Shown: one piece after another, positions 60,384 to 64,000 of the stretch
Position numbering within the stretch: position 1 is the first letter of the stretch
Layout of the letters: every line of letters begins with the position of its first letter
Source of the DNA: Flavobacteriales bacterium UBA4466
Lineage (GTDB): Bacteria; Bacteroidota; Bacteroidia; Flavobacteriales_D; Crocinitomicaceae
Length of the DNA stretch: 64,000 nucleotides
Assembly (NCBI GenBank): GCA_905182335.1
Contig: CAJJBE010000005.1
Location: 133,005 to 197,004 of the forward strand
Direction: 5' to 3'
Notes under the pieces: model-generated
What the model saw: the letters and a program-made list of their open reading frames with translations, nothing else
Told to the model about the DNA's origin: nothing
The model's database searches: none
Made by a program: the position numbers and the translations under genes

Positions 60384-60731
60384 ATGGAAGATAAAATTGT
60401 AAAATCATCGGAGATTAGAGTGAAAGTTGGGCTTAATGTCAATAATTTACCAATTGGTATGAAGTGGACTGCAACAGATGGTGATATCGTTGATGCACCA
60501 GCCAAGGCAATGATGTTGTCAATGTGGGATCAGGAAAAAAATAATACGATGAAAATTGATCTTTGGACAAAAGATATGTCTATTGAAGAGATGAAACAAT
60601 TCTTTCACCAGACACTTTTGACGATGGCGGACTCTTTTGAGAAAGCAACTGGAGAGCATGATGTCTCTGAGGATTTAAGAGATTATTGTTATCACTTTGC
60701 CGATAAAATGAATGTTTTACCTGAGAAATAA
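60384..60731 (+). CDS. gldC: Gliding motility protein GldC
   Basis: 115 aa. KAMMLSMWDQEKNNTMKIDLWTKDMSIEEMKQFFHQTLLTMADSFEKATG matches the GldC signature region. Confidence 0.85.
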   Translation: MEDKIVKSSEIRVKVGLNVNNLPIGMKWTATDGDIVDAPAKAMMLSMWDQEKNNTMKIDLWTKDMSIEEMKQFFHQTLLTMADSFEKATGEHDVSEDLRDYCYHFADKMNVLPEK

Positions 60732-61520
60732 ATGGCTAGAGGGAACTTACGTAAAATGACAGTTCAACTTGGTGATGAAGTTCAATATATGTTGAATTTA
60801 GACCAAAAAGTGGATATGAATGCATTTATTGGTGATGAAATTCGCTTAGAATGGAATGGAGTAATCAATTGTTCTGCTTGTAGAAAGGTTACTAAAAAAT
60901 CATTTGGACAAGGGTTTTGCTATAACTGTTTTATTGAAGCACCAGAGTCTGCAGAATGCATTTTACGACCAGAGCTATGTCGTGCTCATTTAGGTGAAGG
61001 AAGAGATCCTGAATGGGAAGAGAAGTACCATAATAGACCACACATAGTTTATTTAGCTGCATCAAACGCAGTGAAAGTAGGTATAACACGTGCAGATCAA
61101 GTTCCTGTTCGATGGATTGATCAAGGTGCTTCTTCAGCAATTAAACTGGCAGAAACTGAAAATCGGTTTGATGCTGGTAGAATTGAGGTAGCTCTTAAAG
61201 AGTTTTTTACGGACAAGACGAATTGGCAGCGGATGCTGAAAAATGAAATTGATACAAGTATCGATTTGGAGGAAGAGAAATGGTCTTTGGAAGAATGTTT
61301 ACCAGCAGATATTGTCACCTGTTTTTCTGAAGATGATGATATAACTCAAATCAATTACCCTGTAGATGAGTACCCGGTTAAAGTAAAGAGTATTTCCTTT
61401 GACAAAACACCAATTATTGAGCGTGTGCTAGTTGGTATTAAGGGGCAGTACTTGATTTTTGATGGTGGAGAAGTTTTAAATATTAGAAAACATACAAGTT
61501 ATCATATTGAAATTAGCTAG
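60732..61520 (+). CDS. DUF2797 family zinc-ribbon protein
   Basis: CSACRKVTKKSFGQGFCYNCF block. The ATG immediately follows the gldC stop with 0-nt spacer. Confidence 0.7.
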   Translation: MARGNLRKMTVQLGDEVQYMLNLDQKVDMNAFIGDEIRLEWNGVINCSACRKVTKKSFGQGFCYNCFIEAPESAECILRPELCRAHLGEGRDPEWEEKYHNRPHIVYLAASNAVKVGITRADQVPVRWIDQGASSAIKLAETENRFDAGRIEVALKEFFTDKTNWQRMLKNEIDTSIDLEEEKWSLEECLPADIVTCFSEDDDITQINYPVDEYPVKVKSISFDKTPIIERVLVGIKGQYLIFDGGEVLNIRKHTSYHIEIS

Positions 61521-61624
61521 TATTTTAAAAGAACTATGAAATTGTAGTTTAGAAAGATGAAATCAAACTATAAATTTACTTTTTCATTCAAAAAAATCAG
61601 AGTATAAGGTTAAGTATTATAGTA

Positions 61625-62293
61625 ATGGGAAAAGATAAAATAAGAAGATTTGCCGCTGTTAAACAGTTTGATAATTTTATTGAGCCAGTAATTAAGGAAC
61701 AGTGTATATTGAAGGGGAAGTGGAAAAGCGAATTCTTTAAGAACGACAATCCTATTGTACTAGAGCTTGGTTGTGGAAAAGGAGAATACTCTGTTGGATT
61801 AGCGAAGCATTATCCAAACAAGAACTTTATTGGTGTTGATATAAAGGGAGCAAGAATGTTTATCGGCGCTGAACAAGCGAGAGATGAAGAGATGAAAAAT
61901 GTTGGGTTTTTAAGGACTAAAATTGACTTCATTGAGGATTGTTTCGTAGAAAATGAAGTAGATGAAATCTGGTTAACTTTTTCTGACCCTCAACCAAAAA
62001 AAGAAAACAAACGTTTGACTTCACCTATTTTTATTAATCGATATAGAGGGATTTTAAAGAAAGGTGGAATTGTACACTTGAAAACCGATAGTGATTTGTT
62101 GTTCGAATATACCGAGCAACAAATTAAAACAGCTCCATACAAATGCTTGGAGATAACATGGGATCTTTACGGAGGACTTCCGGAGAAGATTGATTCAATG
62201 ACTCGAGAGATATTTCATATTAAGACACACTACGAAAACCTATTTACATCAAAAGGGTCTGTAATCAAATATTGTAAGTTTAAAATAAGCTAA
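61625..62293 (+). CDS. trmB: tRNA (guanine46-N7)-methyltransferase
   Basis: LELGCGKGEY SAM motif and WLTFSDPQPKK block. Confidence 0.9.
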   Translation: MGKDKIRRFAAVKQFDNFIEPVIKEQCILKGKWKSEFFKNDNPIVLELGCGKGEYSVGLAKHYPNKNFIGVDIKGARMFIGAEQARDEEMKNVGFLRTKIDFIEDCFVENEVDEIWLTFSDPQPKKENKRLTSPIFINRYRGILKKGGIVHLKTDSDLLFEYTEQQIKTAPYKCLEITWDLYGGLPEKIDSMTREIFHIKTHYENLFTSKGSVIKYCKFKIS

Positions 62294-62343
62294 ATAAAAA
62301 GTCAGCTTCATTAAAACCACCTTTTTTATTTATGTTTTTTCTA

Positions 62344-63564
62344 CTAAGCTACTCTTAGCTTCGCTAATTTAGAATGTAAGAACTGTGCTTTCGCATATTC
62401 TATAGTTACCCTAAAGTTTTTCTCTTCTTTAGAAGGTAAATCAAACATCGCTTTGTTTAATATTGCTTCACAAATAGATCTTAATCCACGAGCACCTAAT
62501 TTAAATTCAATTGCTTTTTCAACGATAAAGTCAAGTACTTCAGCATCAAATTTCAAATCAATACCATCCATTTCAAATAAACGGTTGTATTGTTTGATTA
62601 ATGCATTTTTAGGTTCAGTTAAAATTCTTCTAAGCGCTTCTGATGTTAAAGGCTCTAGATATGTCAATACTGGAAAACGTCCAATTAACTCTGGAATTAA
62701 TCCAAACGTTTTAATATCTGTTGGATTGATATATTTCAATAAAACTTCCTTGTCAATAGCAACTTCATCTGAAGAAGAGAAGCCGATTGTTTGTCGGTTA
62801 ACCCTATTTGCAATGATGCGCTCAACACCGTCAAATGCTCCACCACAAATAAAAAGAATATTCTTAGTATCAATTTGAATCATTTTTTGCTCTGGATGCT
62901 TACGGCCACCTTGTGGTGGAACACTTACAATAGAACCTTCTAGTAATTTTAATAGAGCCTGTTGGACCCCTTCTCCCGAGACATCTCTAGTAATTGACGG
63001 GTTATCACTCTTACGTGCGATTTTATCTATCTCATCAACGAAAACGATACCTCGCTCTGCGGCTGAGACATTAAAATCCGATGCTTGTAATAAGCGAGAA
63101 AGAATACTTTCTACATCTTCACCAACATAGCCTGCTTCAGTTAAAACCGTCGCATCTGCTATACAAAATGGAACATTTAACATCTTAGCAATTGTTTTAG
63201 CCAATAATGTTTTACCAGTACCAGTTCTACCTACAAGTATAACATTTGATTTTTCAATCTCAATTTCATCCTTTACAGGAGGTTGATTCAATCTTTTAAA
63301 GTGATTATAAACAGCAACGGAAAGAACTTTCTTTGCATCAGCTTGACCAATAACATAATCATCTAGCTTCGCTTTAATCTCTGCTGGCTTCAATATATTT
63401 ATAATCTGTTCAACTTTTTCTTCCTGAATATCTTCTTCCTTGACAATTGTGTGCGCTTGAGAAACACAGCTTTCACATATGTGTCCTGAAACACCTGCAA
63501 TTAACATTCCCACCTCTTCTTTAGGTTTTCCACAAAAGGAACAACCAGCATCTTTCTTTGCCAT
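62344..63564 (-). CDS. clpX: ATP-dependent Clp protease ATP-binding subunit ClpX
   Basis: N-terminal zinc finger CSFCGK...CESC. Walker A GRTGTGKT. Walker [12 protein letters not shown]-type loop. Confidence 0.97.
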   Translation of the reverse strand: MAKKDAGCSFCGKPKEEVGMLIAGVSGHICESCVSQAHTIVKEEDIQEEKVEQIINILKPAEIKAKLDDYVIGQADAKKVLSVAVYNHFKRLNQPPVKDEIEIEKSNVILVGRTGTGKTLLAKTIAKMLNVPFCIADATVLTEAGYVGEDVESILSRLLQASDFNVSAAERGIVFVDEIDKIARKSDNPSITRDVSGEGVQQALLKLLEGSIVSVPPQGGRKHPEQKMIQIDTKNILFICGGAFDGVERIIANRVNRQTIGFSSSDEVAIDKEVLLKYINPTDIKTFGLIPELIGRFPVLTYLEPLTSEALRRILTEPKNALIKQYNRLFEMDGIDLKFDAEVLDFIVEKAIEFKLGARGLRSICEAILNKAMFDLPSKEEKNFRVTIEYAKAQFLHSKLAKLRVA

Positions 63565-63618
63565 AATATTCTTTTAGTCAAAAAAACCCGTCACTAAATG
63601 GTTCAGGGCTTTATTAAT

Positions 63619-64000
63619 TTATTTAGGGTTGCGAAGCAAAATTTCGTCAACCATACCGTATGATTTTGCTTCTTCAGATGTCATCCAATAATCACGATCT
63701 GAATCTGCCCATACTTTATCATAATCTTGCTTCGAATGATTAGCGATAATCTCGTATAGTTCTTTTTTTAGTTTTTGAATTTCACGTGCAGTAATTTCGA
63801 TATCTGAAGCCTGACCTGAAGCACCTCCCAATGGTTGGTGAATCATAACTCTAGAATGTTTCAATGCAGAACGTTTTCCTTCTGCCCCCGCACATAAAAG
63901 TACAGCACCCATAGAAGCAGCCATTCCTGTACAAATTGTAGCTACATCTGGGTTGATATACTGCATTGTATCATAAATACCTAAACCTGCATAAACAGAT
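63619..64000 (-). CDS. clpP: ATP-dependent Clp protease proteolytic subunit (5' end lies outside the window)
   Basis: GMAASMG active-site serine block and MIHQPLGG. The frame stays open to the window edge (..[15 protein letters not shown]..). Confidence 0.95.
   Translation of the reverse strand, partial: SVYAGLGIYDTMQYINPDVATICTGMAASMGAVLLCAGAEGKRSALKHSRVMIHQPLGGASGQASDIEITAREIQKLKKELYEIIANHSKQDYDKVWADSDRDYWMTSEEAKSYGMVDEILLRNPK

Noticed and set aside
62453-62878. 141-aa ORF antisense to clpX.
   Set aside because: It is a shadow ORF inside clpX with no recognisable motif.

Overview
Low-GC Bacteroidota chromosome segment, probably Flavobacteriales. The taxon call rests on gld/T9SS genes, TAnnTTTG-type promoter boxes and a T9SS C-terminal sorting domain. 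The window is densely packed, mostly core housekeeping genes: rpoC (5' partial), zapA, rny, coaE, lpdA, lipA, upp, hemH, ahcY, groES/groEL, secG, miaB, topA, nadE, trmB, clpX and clpP (partial). Three themed regions stand out. (1) A Wzx/Wzy-type surface-polysaccharide operon lies at about 8.4-17.8 kb. Its left edge is an abruptly truncated SDR epimerase/dehydratase remnant, and it carries two Wzy_C/O-antigen-ligase-family genes. (2) The T9SS/gliding core porP(sprF)-gldK-gldL-gldM-gldN lies at 48.1-54.6 kb, preceded by an arginase-fold protein with degenerate metal ligands. (3) gldB-gldC-DUF2797 lies at 59.4-61.5 kb. I found no rRNA, tRNA, CRISPR array, transposase or integrase, and no convincing novel multi-gene system. 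The most checkable oddities are two gene remnants (8260-8406 and 19217-19506) and a conserved gene split by a 1-nt frameshift beside a (GAA)6 tract (about 40.5 kb). Others are a 92-bp element with perfect 20-bp inverted repeats around a terminator (24543-24634), a Kv-type channel with a C-terminal zinc ribbon, and several degenerate 'pseudo-enzyme' folds. All functional calls come from motif recognition by eye, with no database search.
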